A program made the translations under genes and the position numbers. The notes below the pieces were generated by a model. That model was not told the DNA's origin. It was given only the letters and a program-made list of their open reading frames with translations, and did not search any database. From a virus, in the IMG/VR virus record IMGVR_UViG_3300020048_000039, positions 1 through 64,000 of that record: a stretch of 64,000 nucleotides of DNA; one strand, written 5' to 3'. Below, piece after piece: positions 29,576-39,956 of this stretch; the first letter of the stretch is position 1; every line of letters begins with the position of its first letter.

Positions 29576-30365
29576 ATTTAGAATAAATTTGTTTGGTGGT
29601 GGTTTTCAGCACGCATTTAGTTCATCTGGGTGGAGTATGCCTAAACTTATGGAATGGGATAATTTGGGCAACTCAAGTGTTTCGGTTTATGTTGATGAAG
29701 CAATGACATCGACACCAAAGAAATTCAAAAAAAATTATGCATGGTTACTCGAATCATCTGTAATACGACAACCATTAATCGAGTGGATGAAGAATAATGT
29801 GAAGCAATTAGAAGATAATTTCGAATTAATTTTCACATATGATAAAAGTCTTCTCGAAATATCCGATAAAATGAGAATTGTTTTACCCCCTGCAGTACCT
29901 TGGATTAATAATCGTGGGATTCATAAGAAAAATAAACTTATTTCGATGATTGTCTCAAATAAAAAGATGTGTGATGGACATAAATATAGACACGAAATAA
30001 TGAATAAATATAAAGGTCAGATGGATTGTTTTGGAGAAGGACACAATAAAATTGCAGATAAAGAAGATGGATTGAATGATTATTATTTTTCTATTGCAAT
30101 GGAAAATGGAAACTACCCAAATTATTTTACTCAAACACTTACCGATTGTTTTGTAACTGGAACAATACCTATTTATTGGGGAGCACCGACCATTGAAGAA
30201 TATTTTAATGATAAAGGGATAATATTTCTGGATGAAAATTTTAAAATCGAAGACCTGTCTCCCGAATTATATTATTCGAAAATGGAATATATACAAGATA
30301 ATTTCGAAAGAGCAAACAATTTACCAATAGCAGAAGATTATATATACGAAAATTACATAAAATAA
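29568..30365 (+). CDS. GT10 (fucosyltransferase-like) glycosyltransferase
   Basis: YYFSIAMEN...YFT...CF..GTIPIYWG. Confidence 0.8.
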   Translation: MNKFRINLFGGGFQHAFSSSGWSMPKLMEWDNLGNSSVSVYVDEAMTSTPKKFKKNYAWLLESSVIRQPLIEWMKNNVKQLEDNFELIFTYDKSLLEISDKMRIVLPPAVPWINNRGIHKKNKLISMIVSNKKMCDGHKYRHEIMNKYKGQMDCFGEGHNKIADKEDGLNDYYFSIAMENGNYPNYFTQTLTDCFVTGTIPIYWGAPTIEEYFNDKGIIFLDENFKIEDLSPELYYSKMEYIQDNFERANNLPIAEDYIYENYIK

Positions 30366-30392
30366 AAACACATATGAAATAAATTTAAGAAC

Positions 30393-31265
30393 ATGAAAGA
30401 AATTAAAATAATTAAAGGAAAAAAATACTTAGTAACTGGTGGTTCTGGTTTTTTAGGTGTAGAACTCATTAAAAAAATTATAGAAGAAGGTGGTTTGGTA
30501 AGAACAATTGCCAGAAACGAAGGGAAATTAATTCAATTAAAAGAAAGATTTGGAGATAATCTCGAAATATATTTTGGGGATATTACAAATAAATTTGTTG
30601 TAGAACAATTCATGATTGGTGAATTTGAAGGTATATTTCATTTAGCAGCATTTAAACATGTTACCGAAGCCGAAAAATTTTCACTCGAATGCATCAACTC
30701 AAATATTGTTGGCAGTATGAATATTTTAGAAGTTAGTTCTAAAAAGAATGTTAAGTTTATTGTTGCCATAAGCACAGATAAAGCAGCGCAAGTTGCGGGT
30801 ACATATGGTGCAAGTAAACTTGTAATGGAAAGATTATTTAGGCAATATGAAAACGTCAACACAAATATTGAATACCGTGTTGTTAGATATGGTAATGTAT
30901 TGTACTCAACTGGCTCAGTTTTATGTAAATGGAGAGATTTAATAAGTGCTGGAAAAGAAATAATTATTACTGATAAATCCGCAACAAGGTTTTTTTGGAC
31001 TATCGACCAAGCAATTGACTTAATTTTTGATTGTCTATTAAATGCCGAAAATTCTAAACCATATGTTCCTGAAATGAAATCAATGTCGATGGGTAATCTA
31101 TTGGATGCCATGATAATTAAATATGCTCCTGCTGGCGTTAATATTTCGGTAAAGGAAATTGGATTACAAAAGGGCGAGAATCAACATGAAAAAATATTAG
31201 AAGATGGGAAATATAGTAACGAATGTGAATTATTTACCGTTGAAGAAATATTAAAATTAATTTAA
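30393..31265 (+). CDS. UDP-GlcNAc 4,6-dehydratase-like enzyme (PseB/CapD family)
   Basis: LVTGGSGFLG, FHLAAFKHV, STDKA, YGASK, RYGNVL.STGSV. Confidence 0.9.
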   Translation: MKEIKIIKGKKYLVTGGSGFLGVELIKKIIEEGGLVRTIARNEGKLIQLKERFGDNLEIYFGDITNKFVVEQFMIGEFEGIFHLAAFKHVTEAEKFSLECINSNIVGSMNILEVSSKKNVKFIVAISTDKAAQVAGTYGASKLVMERLFRQYENVNTNIEYRVVRYGNVLYSTGSVLCKWRDLISAGKEIIITDKSATRFFWTIDQAIDLIFDCLLNAENSKPYVPEMKSMSMGNLLDAMIIKYAPAGVNISVKEIGLQKGENQHEKILEDGKYSNECELFTVEEILKLI

Positions 31266-31269
31266 TGAC

Positions 31270-32040
31270 ATGAAAGAAAAGGTATTAGTAATTGGCGATA
31301 GCTGCGAAGATTTATTTAGGTACGGAAGGTGTGAAAGGCTGAGTCCAGAAGCACCTGTTCCAATCTTTTTGCCAACCAGAACAACTGGTAATGGTGGAAT
31401 GGCAATTAATGTGTTCCAAAATCTGAAAGCATTAGGTGTTGATTGTGATTTAATTACAAACGATATTCGACCAGTTAAAATGCGATTTGTTGACGAAGTT
31501 TCGAACCAAATGATACTTAGGGTTGATGAAAAAGATGTTATTGAGCAAATAAGACTCGATGAAATCGATAGAATTAACTTTGGTGTGTATGAAGCCGTAA
31601 TTATATCTGACTATAATAAAGGTTATCTCTCAGAAGAAGACATTAAGTACATATGTAGAAATCATACAAGGGTATTCATCGACACAAAGAAAAAGCTTGG
31701 TGATTGGTGTCTTGGTGCTTTTATGTTAAAATTAAATAGTAAAGAAGCCGATGAAAGTTTTGAGTTTATTTCAAATAATTACGATGCTCTAAGCGTCATC
31801 ATTACCAAGGGAAAAGACGGTGCTTTATTAAATATGTTTGGTGAAACTAAGATGTTTCCAATCGAATCCGAACACGCAGTACGTGACTTAAGTGGGGCAG
31901 GTGATACTTTTATTGCAGGACTTGTTGCAGATTTCATTTATAATGACGATATTTGCAGCGCAATAGAATATGCAAACAGATGTGCTGCTTGGGTAGTGAC
32001 CCAAAAGGGTGTAGCAATTGTGGATAAAGAAAAAATATAA
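31270..32040 (+). CDS. rfaE: D-glycero-beta-D-manno-heptose-7-phosphate kinase (HldE/RfaE kinase domain only, PfkB family)
   Basis: GRCERLSPEAPVP, GGMA.NV..NL, IISDYNKG, DLSGAGDTF. Confidence 0.85.
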   Translation: MKEKVLVIGDSCEDLFRYGRCERLSPEAPVPIFLPTRTTGNGGMAINVFQNLKALGVDCDLITNDIRPVKMRFVDEVSNQMILRVDEKDVIEQIRLDEIDRINFGVYEAVIISDYNKGYLSEEDIKYICRNHTRVFIDTKKKLGDWCLGAFMLKLNSKEADESFEFISNNYDALSVIITKGKDGALLNMFGETKMFPIESEHAVRDLSGAGDTFIAGLVADFIYNDDICSAIEYANRCAAWVVTQKGVAIVDKEKI

Positions 32041-32043
32041 CAT

Positions 32044-32679
32044 ATGAAACTCGCTAACATTGTTTACGAAAAGGAATTGATTAATCACACTCAGGTAGAG
32101 TATGTTAACTACATCAATAAACCCGAAGAATACGATAAGCTTGATAAGACTTTACCTACTTTATATGTGGGTTGGTCATTTATGAAAGCCAGTAATCCAA
32201 ACAATGAGATAATTCAGAACGCAAATATTCTTTACAAGAAAATCATTACAAATGAACTTTATTGGGAATGTAGTTTCGAAGAAAGTAAATCATCACACAT
32301 TAAGGGTGTTGAAAGCTTTATTAAGAATGTCCCACAATTTTATTTTACGCCAAGGTATGAATACATTAACTTAGACCCTGTTTTCTTTCAGATTAAAGAT
32401 GTTGATGACTTAATGGATATTTTACCTAAAAAGATAGACTATACTTATAATTATAAGAACGAAATGCTTTACATATTAACCGACAATAAAATCTATGGTA
32501 TTAATTTGTTTTTATATAATTATTTTAAGTTTGTTATTGGTGACCTTTTATTTAGGATATCGGAAAGAACTGAAACTGGATTCATAGATGAAAAAGGAAT
32601 TTCGTATCAACAATATTATAGATTATTACCAAACTATGAACGTTTAAAACGCCATATGATTGTTTTTCTATGTAAATAG
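32044..32679 (+). CDS. hypothetical protein
   Basis: 211-aa ORF; no motif recognised. Confidence 0.75.
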   Translation: MKLANIVYEKELINHTQVEYVNYINKPEEYDKLDKTLPTLYVGWSFMKASNPNNEIIQNANILYKKIITNELYWECSFEESKSSHIKGVESFIKNVPQFYFTPRYEYINLDPVFFQIKDVDDLMDILPKKIDYTYNYKNEMLYILTDNKIYGINLFLYNYFKFVIGDLLFRISERTETGFIDEKGISYQQYYRLLPNYERLKRHMIVFLCK

Positions 32680-32744
32680 TTGTTTATTGTAATTTATTGT
32701 ATATATTTTATCTGTGTTTCCAAATGATATTTAAGATTTGAATA

Positions 32745-32752
32745 GTATTTAT
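32745..32752 (+). promoter_or_regulatory. putative late promoter GTATTTAT
   Basis: Upstream of 32774. Confidence 0.55.
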
Positions 32753-32773
32753 GTGTAATAAATAACTTATATT

Positions 32774-32965
32774 ATGAAAAACGACATAACAAAAGTGCTT
32801 AATGATTTTATCGACTCTCCTGAGAATGAAGACGAAGTAGTAGTTAAAAAAACAAATAATAATAAAAAAATTGTTCTTGATGAAAGAGACGGCTTAATTA
32901 TTGAAAGAATCGACCGTCAATACATTACATCGGACGGGCGTATGCTTTTAAGAGAACAATACTAA
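32774..32965 (+). CDS. small acidic hypothetical protein
   Basis: 63-aa ORF after the promoter motif. Confidence 0.7.
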   Translation: MKNDITKVLNDFIDSPENEDEVVVKKTNNNKKIVLDERDGLIIERIDRQYITSDGRMLLREQY

Positions 32966-32976
32966 TACATTCGCCA

Positions 32977-33693
32977 ATGATAGAAATAAAAACTAAACTT
33001 CAAGAGATTGCTCTTAAGGAATTTATGCACCGTGTTACTTATAACATTAACGAAGTTCATTATCGTCCGTTAGTTGGTGTTGACGAAGAGTTTGACGATT
33101 TGCCTTCAAACTCAAAAAATGAAGCTGGTGAGCAAGAAGATGCTCCTAAACCAGCAGGTGGTGCTGCACCACCCGAAACATCTAACGACCAGCCAATGGG
33201 CGTAGATGCACCTGTTCCACCCGAAATTCCTGAACCAGCTATTGCACCAGAAGGTGGAATGCCACCAGAAGGCGGTGCTCCTGAAATTGGTGGAATGCCA
33301 CCTGCACCAGTAGAACCCGTTGCACCACCTGTTGATGATGTTCAAAACGAAATTATTAAACACAATATTGAGGCAATGAAAGCAATTCACGACCAATTGG
33401 AATCGCTTAACAATATGAGTAAATCATTGGATGCTAAATTAGAAGTGCTTACTGCTGATGTTGAGGAAGTTCGTGAACCAACTAATGTTCAGAAACTCAT
33501 GAGTAAAACCAATGTTTCACACCCATATTATTACAATCTTAATGATTATTGGGGCAAGAATTTTAATCAACAGAAAGATGGTGAATTAGAAAGGGGTATT
33601 AAGGAATTACCTGATGGTACATATGTAGCAGATTTTGATGATTTGCCACAGAAATCCAAAACTGATGTTCAGAATAGTTTTAATGATATATAA
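32977..33693 (+). CDS. Pro/Glu-rich protein, possible prohead core or scaffold component
   Basis: Pro/Gly-rich linker (GGMPPEGGAPEIGGMPP) followed by a coiled coil. Confidence 0.6.
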   Translation: MIEIKTKLQEIALKEFMHRVTYNINEVHYRPLVGVDEEFDDLPSNSKNEAGEQEDAPKPAGGAAPPETSNDQPMGVDAPVPPEIPEPAIAPEGGMPPEGGAPEIGGMPPAPVEPVAPPVDDVQNEIIKHNIEAMKAIHDQLESLNNMSKSLDAKLEVLTADVEEVREPTNVQKLMSKTNVSHPYYYNLNDYWGKNFNQQKDGELERGIKELPDGTYVADFDDLPQKSKTDVQNSFNDI

Positions 33694-34137
33694 ATGAGAA
33701 TATTTCCAGCAACTGGTTCAAAAGAAAGACTCTTTCAAATGATGGGAAGGGTTAGTAAGCTTAATGAAGAACTACTCTCTCCTGATAAGAGAGAGTCTGT
33801 TGTTAATGAGTTTCTGAGTTTTGCTGCTGATAGACTTAATTTAGAAGATGCACCAAAGATAAGACTTTCATATGATGAAGGTGATGCTCAGAAGAATAAA
33901 TCATTTGGAAACTATAAGCCAGAGAATAACGAAATTAATGTTGTGGCAAAAAATAGAAATTTGGCTGATATTTTGAGGACAGTTGCGCATGAGTTAATAC
34001 ATCTAAAGCAAAATAAAGAAGGGAGAATCAAACCAAATTCAGGTGAAACTGGAAGCACAGAAGAAAATGAAGCAAATGCACTTGCAGGAGTTCTCATGAG
34101 AGAGTTTGGAAAAAATAATCCGATTATATTCGAATAA
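33694..34137 (+). CDS. zincin-type HExxH metallopeptidase-like protein
   Basis: LRTVAHELIH...EENEANALAG. Confidence 0.7.
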   Translation: MRIFPATGSKERLFQMMGRVSKLNEELLSPDKRESVVNEFLSFAADRLNLEDAPKIRLSYDEGDAQKNKSFGNYKPENNEINVVAKNRNLADILRTVAHELIHLKQNKEGRIKPNSGETGSTEENEANALAGVLMREFGKNNPIIFE

Positions 34138-34146
34138 ATTAAAGAT

Positions 34147-35874
34147 ATGAAGAACAGCAAATTATTTAACGTAGCTGGTAGCAAAGAGAGACTCTTTGAA
34201 ATGATGCAAAAGGTGAATAAAATTAGTTTAAATGAAGATGTTATGCAAGGCGAAGCAAAAGGCGACCTTGCAGCAAATGCATTTAATGAATTGGTAAGCG
34301 GTGCACTTAAAATAGATAAAACCAACACACAAACAGATGAAAATGGAAGTTATCTTGAAATTGGTGGTGTTGATGATGCAGGAAATAGAGCATCATTCAG
34401 GTTCAGAGTAGAAGGAAGTCAGGGCGACCAAGACGGTGTATTCAGCGTTAATAAGGCAACTTTAACACAATTTAATTTCGTTGGTCATGGGTTTGATGCG
34501 GAAATGGGTGAAGAGGTAAATACAATACAAAGATTAAATGCCTCAAAATCACAGGAAATGATTGACGTAGCGAGTCAGTATGCTGATTTTGATATGGGTG
34601 AACCCGAAATTGATGAAGAATATATGCAGGCAATGCAGAAAATTGATTCATATCCATTCGGTGGAACTCCACGAACAATGGTGACTCCTGCACAATACTT
34701 AGACCAAAAACCAACCAATCCTGATTTAAGGGTTAAAGCACCTGAATTAAATAAATTTGTTGTTGGCGAAAATAATATTGTTATGGATAATCCCGATACT
34801 GCTAATTTAGGTCAGCATTATTATGATAAATCAAAATCTAAGTTTCAAGTTATTGAGCAGGCAATCGAAGCGGTTAATAAGATATTGGCAGTAAGAGGTC
34901 AGAACTCAACCAGTATTCCAATCGAACAATATAGAAAAATGGTTAAGGATGAAGCTTCTATTATATATGCCGATTTTTTAGGTCGAATGAACGAAGGAAA
35001 GAAAAAGAAAAAAGATAAAACAGATTACCCAAATCCAATTGGTAGTCACTTCAAACCAAAATCAGATTATCCTACTGAAAAGAAAAAACCACAGACTGCT
35101 GTAAATATTGATGAAGAATTTGGTGACGAGGAAAAAGCACCTAACATGAATCTCCGTGATACTCAACCTAATCTTAAAATGGCTAAAAATGCTGCAAATT
35201 CTGATATGGATAAAGAGCATAGGGGAGTTAATAGAGCACATAGTGGAATTAATAAAGTGCCATACGATACACAATTTGGTGAATTTGACCTACACGAGAA
35301 AGAAGAACCAAATGCTGGTGAAGAACAAGAAATTAATCATGTTGAGCGTGAAAGAGAAGAACAAGGCGAAAAATTACAGGGTGGACTTGGTGACGAAGCT
35401 ACGACACAACAATTTGACCAAGAACAAGTTCTAATGGGATTAAAGGTAGAAATGGAACATTCAGATGACCCTACAGTGGCATTAGAAATCGTTTTAGACC
35501 ATCTTAGCGAAGACCCTGAGTACTACACCACAAAAGACAATCCAGAGTGTTCTGCGCAGGCTAATGCAGCCAAAGATGCAGAAGGTGATGAAGAAGCAAA
35601 TCCTGACTTATATGGCGCAGGTAGCGAAGACCAAAATGATGTCGAAAAAGAAAATCCTGATTTATATCCCGAAGGTTGGAAAGAAATGGATGGAATGTTT
35701 ATGAATCCAAACAATCCAATGTATATGGGTGGCAATAAAAAGAATGACAAAGAAGAAGAAGACATATTACTTGGATTTAAGCCACATAATGTTGGTGATG
35801 AAATTGAAGAAGCATACGGTCAAGCAAACCCATTAAAAATACCTGCATTTCCAAAAGCTGGTACTGTTAAATAA
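34147..35874 (+). CDS. very acidic putative internal head protein with a DUF5661-like motif
   Basis: GLKVEMEH...A..IVLDHLSEDPEYYT; D/E-rich. Confidence 0.55.
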   Translation: MKNSKLFNVAGSKERLFEMMQKVNKISLNEDVMQGEAKGDLAANAFNELVSGALKIDKTNTQTDENGSYLEIGGVDDAGNRASFRFRVEGSQGDQDGVFSVNKATLTQFNFVGHGFDAEMGEEVNTIQRLNASKSQEMIDVASQYADFDMGEPEIDEEYMQAMQKIDSYPFGGTPRTMVTPAQYLDQKPTNPDLRVKAPELNKFVVGENNIVMDNPDTANLGQHYYDKSKSKFQVIEQAIEAVNKILAVRGQNSTSIPIEQYRKMVKDEASIIYADFLGRMNEGKKKKKDKTDYPNPIGSHFKPKSDYPTEKKKPQTAVNIDEEFGDEEKAPNMNLRDTQPNLKMAKNAANSDMDKEHRGVNRAHSGINKVPYDTQFGEFDLHEKEEPNAGEEQEINHVEREREEQGEKLQGGLGDEATTQQFDQEQVLMGLKVEMEHSDDPTVALEIVLDHLSEDPEYYTTKDNPECSAQANAAKDAEGDEEANPDLYGAGSEDQNDVEKENPDLYPEGWKEMDGMFMNPNNPMYMGGNKKNDKEEEDILLGFKPHNVGDEIEEAYGQANPLKIPAFPKAGTVK

Positions 35875-35898
35875 ATTTAAGTGAATTGAGTATAAAAG

Positions 35899-35923
35899 AG
35901 ACTGCCAGTTGGTAGTCTTTTTT
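35899..35923 (+). terminator. intrinsic terminator
   Basis: AGACTGCC-AGTT-GGTAGTCT-TTTTT. Confidence 0.7.
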
Positions 35924-35931
35924 GTTTCTCT

Positions 35932-35939
35932 GTATTTAT
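35932..35939 (+). promoter_or_regulatory. putative late promoter GTATTTAT
   Basis: Upstream of 35954. Confidence 0.55.
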
Positions 35940-35953
35940 AATAAAAAAATAGC

Positions 35954-37534
35954 ATGTCAGTCTTTAGGTCATACTTTTCTCAGAACAATACGTTAATAAA
36001 AAATAACGTAACCAACAATGCATTAAATCCCGTTACTGAAATATCATATGGTACAAATAATGCAGAAGTTACGAGGTTTATATTAGATATTGACCTAACT
36101 GACCTTCAAACTAAGATAGCACAAGGACTTATAATACCAAATAGTTCTATGAAGCACGTGTTGCATATGACTAATACAATTAGCTATGCTCCACAATATA
36201 TAGGTAAAAAATCATATACAACTGCAATTAACAGAGCATCGAGTTTCGACTTGGAGTTCTTTAATATTAATCAGGCTTGGGATGGTGGTAGTGGCTATGA
36301 TTTAATATATGGTTCATCTGCACCACGAATATTATATGATGCTTCTGGAAATACAACAGGAATTACATATAATATTGGTTCATTTAGTGAAATGGGACAA
36401 GGTGATGCAGTATATGGAGCATCAAACTGGTTTTCAGGAAAGACAAATGTAGTTTGGAATGTCGCTGGTGCATATCAAAGTGGTGCTACCCAAATTTTAA
36501 GTACACAACATTTTGATGCAGGTAATGAAAACATTGATATTGATATAACCAATTATATTAACCAAAGATTATTTAGTGGATATACTGGTACTACCGCATT
36601 TACTGGTGATACATATGGTATTGGTATTAAATTTAGTGAGGCATTTGAAGAACAAAAGACTCAATTTAGAGAAGCTGTTGCATTTCATGCGAAAAATACT
36701 AATACTTGGTATGAACCATATCTTGAAACGACTATTGATGATACTATTGTTGACGATAGAAACTATTTTTATTTAGATAAAGAAAATAGTTTGTATTTTT
36801 ATTTAAACAACAATCTTCCAAATGTAGTTGTTAATAAGGTAGAAATTTATGACCATGATGGTGATTTAGTTGATATATTATCTGGTAGCTCAATTATTAA
36901 TGTATGTAAGGGTATATATAAGATAAATTTGACTGTAAATTCTGATGATTATCCAGACGCAGTGTTATTTAATGACAAATGGTTTTTAACGATAAATGGT
37001 AAAACGAGTGAATATACTGGTGATTTTTATTTAATATCTGCTGATAATTACTATGGTTTCGACAATTCTAATAATATTAACTTCGATAACTACTTCTTTT
37101 ATTTTTGGGGAATAGGTGAAAAAGAGAACATTATGAATGGAAATGTTAGAAAAATTAAGCTAACCATAAAAGAATTGTATCCAAATCAAAATAATTTTGT
37201 ACCTTTGGAGCTTGAATATAGGGTATTCACAACAATTGGTAGTAAATATCAGATAGATGTAATTCCATTTACTTCTATTAATAGAACAAATACTGGATAT
37301 TACTTTAATCTTGATACTTCTTGGTTAATTCCACAAGACTATTACCTACAGATAAGAATGAAGAATGGCGACTATTATGAAAACAAACAGACACTTTCAT
37401 TCACAGTTGTATCAGATGGCTCTCAATTATTTTCTACAACCTCAATGCCAGTTCCTCAACCAATACCTATGAAACAATTCCCAACTGGCTTTATGTATAA
37501 CAATACATTATTATTTAATTCTAAAACTTGGTAA
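35954..37534 (+). CDS. putative virion structural protein
   Basis: 526 aa, beta-rich, S/T-G-x-T motifs, late-type promoter; function not resolved. Confidence 0.6.
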   Translation: MSVFRSYFSQNNTLIKNNVTNNALNPVTEISYGTNNAEVTRFILDIDLTDLQTKIAQGLIIPNSSMKHVLHMTNTISYAPQYIGKKSYTTAINRASSFDLEFFNINQAWDGGSGYDLIYGSSAPRILYDASGNTTGITYNIGSFSEMGQGDAVYGASNWFSGKTNVVWNVAGAYQSGATQILSTQHFDAGNENIDIDITNYINQRLFSGYTGTTAFTGDTYGIGIKFSEAFEEQKTQFREAVAFHAKNTNTWYEPYLETTIDDTIVDDRNYFYLDKENSLYFYLNNNLPNVVVNKVEIYDHDGDLVDILSGSSIINVCKGIYKINLTVNSDDYPDAVLFNDKWFLTINGKTSEYTGDFYLISADNYYGFDNSNNINFDNYFFYFWGIGEKENIMNGNVRKIKLTIKELYPNQNNFVPLELEYRVFTTIGSKYQIDVIPFTSINRTNTGYYFNLDTSWLIPQDYYLQIRMKNGDYYENKQTLSFTVVSDGSQLFSTTSMPVPQPIPMKQFPTGFMYNNTLLFNSKTW

Positions 37535-37546
37535 AACTAAAAAAAA

Positions 37547-38263
37547 ATGGCAAATATTAAAACAATTTCAGTTATAGATGGTGTAACAACAACCCAGATG
37601 TTCGCTGGCGATATTGATTATAATTTTAAAATAATTACTGGTAATACATATACCAGAAATCAAATAGATTTATTTTTAGGATATAAATTAAATATATCCA
37701 CCTTCAATGCCTTTACTGGTACTACATTGAGCATCGACACCTTCAATGCCTTTACTGGCACTACATTGAGCATCGACACCTTCAATGCCTTTACTGGCAC
37801 TACGTTAAGCATCGACACTTTCAATGCCTTTACTGGCACTACGTTACCAGCATATAAGCAGACATCATTTACATCAACACTTGCATATACTGTTGGATTA
37901 ACAGATTATGGGTGGAAGAATAATATTAGCGCAGAAAGATGGCATCAAAATGGCGTTTATGTTAATTTAGAAAAAGAACTTGGAACTGGTTGGAGCACAT
38001 TCAATATAATATATAGTCTTCAATCCGAACATAATGCTGGCTCTGATTTAAATGTGAGATTATATGATTCAATTGACGGATATGTTGGTAATTGGTACAC
38101 AATTACTGCAACAACACTCGGATATGTAATGGTAGAAATGACTAATCTTACGTTCACCAATAAATCATCACCAAGAGTGATTCACTTAGAATCATATATT
38201 GGTAATGTATTACAATATTATCACATAAATAAAATAGATTTATCAATAGAAGGGAATAATTAA
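37547..38263 (+). CDS. putative virion or fibre-associated protein with 13-aa repeats
   Basis: TFNAFTGTTLSID x about 4. Confidence 0.65.
   Translation: MANIKTISVIDGVTTTQMFAGDIDYNFKIITGNTYTRNQIDLFLGYKLNISTFNAFTGTTLSIDTFNAFTGTTLSIDTFNAFTGTTLSIDTFNAFTGTTLPAYKQTSFTSTLAYTVGLTDYGWKNNISAERWHQNGVYVNLEKELGTGWSTFNIIYSLQSEHNAGSDLNVRLYDSIDGYVGNWYTITATTLGYVMVEMTNLTFTNKSSPRVIHLESYIGNVLQYYHINKIDLSIEGNN
37699..37846 (+). repeat. 39-bp in-frame tandem repeat, about 4 copies
   Basis: Units recur at 37701, 37740, 37779 and 37818. Confidence 0.92.
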
Positions 38264-38264
38264 T

Positions 38265-38492
38265 ATGGCAACTTACATAAATAACCTAAATGAACTAAAA
38301 TCTGAGATTGAAAATCAGATTAATAATCAAAAAATATTAATTAAATCACAAATAACTGATGTCGATTTGAGTACTGAGATGTTTGGACCAGTTGGTGCTA
38401 AAACGATTAAATTATATGCTGTGAAAGAAATCGAAGCATTGGGAGTATTATTACATAAATTAGAATCAATAAATAATTTATTGGGAATATAG
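38265..38492 (+). CDS. hypothetical protein
   Basis: 75-aa ORF coupled to the upstream gene. Confidence 0.65.
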   Translation: MATYINNLNELKSEIENQINNQKILIKSQITDVDLSTEMFGPVGAKTIKLYAVKEIEALGVLLHKLESINNLLGI

Positions 38493-38520
38493 AAAAGATG
38501 TTTTCAAATTTTTATTATTT

Positions 38521-38563
38521 TTGTGGCGAAGTCGTTTTTTTAAAATTTCGCCACAATTTTTTT
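38521..38563 (+). terminator. intrinsic terminator
   Basis: TTGTGGCGAA...TTCGCCACAA followed by a T-tract. Confidence 0.7.
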
Positions 38564-38590
38564 ATTTAATTTAATTATTTTCAAAAATCC

Positions 38591-38621
38591 TTGTATTTAT
38601 GTAAAATGAAGACTACTTTTG
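38591..38621 (+). promoter_or_regulatory. overlapping Bacteroidota promoter (TTG-N20-TACTTTTG) and GTATTTAT (38593-38600)
   Basis: Both motifs upstream of ssb, suggesting early plus late expression. Confidence 0.55.
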
Positions 38622-38695
38622 TAGTGTTATTAAAATTGTAATTAATAATTGAAATAATAATTGTAAATAACTTTAACTGTAAAAACCAAATCAAA

Positions 38696-39934
38696 ATGGC
38701 AAATGAACCAAACGGTCAAATGGATGACCTAAAAAAAATGTTCTCTGACTATCAGAAGAAACAGACCCAATCAACGGGTGGCAAAAAATCACGTGAGGAC
38801 TTATTAGCGAAATATTTCGTCCCTCGCAACACCAAAGAAGTTTTCCGAATCTTACCCCCAAAAGGCAACAAGAAACACATCGAAGAAGCATTCTTCCATG
38901 TTGTTACCACTAATGCTGCTGGCGGTAAAAAGAAACACGGCACAGTAATTTACTGTCCTGCCCACAACGACCCAAAGGTAAAGAAATTAGATTCTGCTGG
39001 CAATCCTATTTTGGAAGCCAATGGTAATCCTGTTATGATACCTGCTCCATGTCCTTTATGTGCACAACATAAGAAATGGCTTGCAAAACAAGACCCATCT
39101 TTAAAAGGTGTTAAAAAGGAAAACATGAATCCTTCACAACTTGTTACTAAAGAAAAGAATGATGCAATTTACAAGGAAGCCATTAAATGGGAAGCCAAGA
39201 AATTCTACATTGTTCGTGGTATTGACAAGGGACAGGAAAAAGATGGTGTAAAATTCTGGAGGTTCAAACACAATTACAAGAACCAAGGTACACTTGACAA
39301 ATTACTTCCTATCTTGGAAGAATACATGACACACCAACAAGCCGACTTCTCAGATGCTCAAAACGGTACAGATTTAAGTATCATTATGACTGACAGCGAA
39401 TTTAATGGTCATGTTTACAAAACAATTTCCGCAATTACTTTCCGTGGTAAATCACCACTCTCACCAGATTCACTTATTGCAAGAGCATGGCTTGATGATG
39501 ATATTACGTGGAGAGACGTTTTCTTACCAAAGAAAGCACCTAACACCACACCATACGAATTTCTCGAAATGGTTGCAAGCGGTTCAAACCCATATTGGGA
39601 TGATACTGACCAAAGTAATAAGAAATGGGTGTTTCCCGGTCGTCCTGACTTGGAAGAACTTGCCAATAATCGTCAACGTAATCTCGATGCAGATGACGAT
39701 GAAACATTCGAACAAGCATCCGACCTTGATGATGAATATGTTTCAATTAGTAACATAACTCCATCACAAGTGGGTACTTACAAGGACACTGCAATGGATT
39801 TAGGTGCAACCGCTATTGCTGAAACAGCACCAGTTGCACAGGTAACTTCACCAGTTGCACAAGCAACGACTACAGAAGCACCTGTAACTGAACCCGCAGT
39901 AGGTAAAGTAAATTATGACGACTTACCTTTCTAA
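38696..39934 (+). CDS. single-stranded DNA-binding protein (T4 gp32-like)
   Basis: FRILPP, zinc ligands YCPAH/PCPLC, FYIVRGID...GVKFWRF, acidic tail ending DDLPF. Confidence 0.85.
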   Translation: MANEPNGQMDDLKKMFSDYQKKQTQSTGGKKSREDLLAKYFVPRNTKEVFRILPPKGNKKHIEEAFFHVVTTNAAGGKKKHGTVIYCPAHNDPKVKKLDSAGNPILEANGNPVMIPAPCPLCAQHKKWLAKQDPSLKGVKKENMNPSQLVTKEKNDAIYKEAIKWEAKKFYIVRGIDKGQEKDGVKFWRFKHNYKNQGTLDKLLPILEEYMTHQQADFSDAQNGTDLSIIMTDSEFNGHVYKTISAITFRGKSPLSPDSLIARAWLDDDITWRDVFLPKKAPNTTPYEFLEMVASGSNPYWDDTDQSNKKWVFPGRPDLEELANNRQRNLDADDDETFEQASDLDDEYVSISNITPSQVGTYKDTAMDLGATAIAETAPVAQVTSPVAQATTTEAPVTEPAVGKVNYDDLPF

Positions 39935-39956
39935 TAGGTAGTCAAAAAATAAATCG

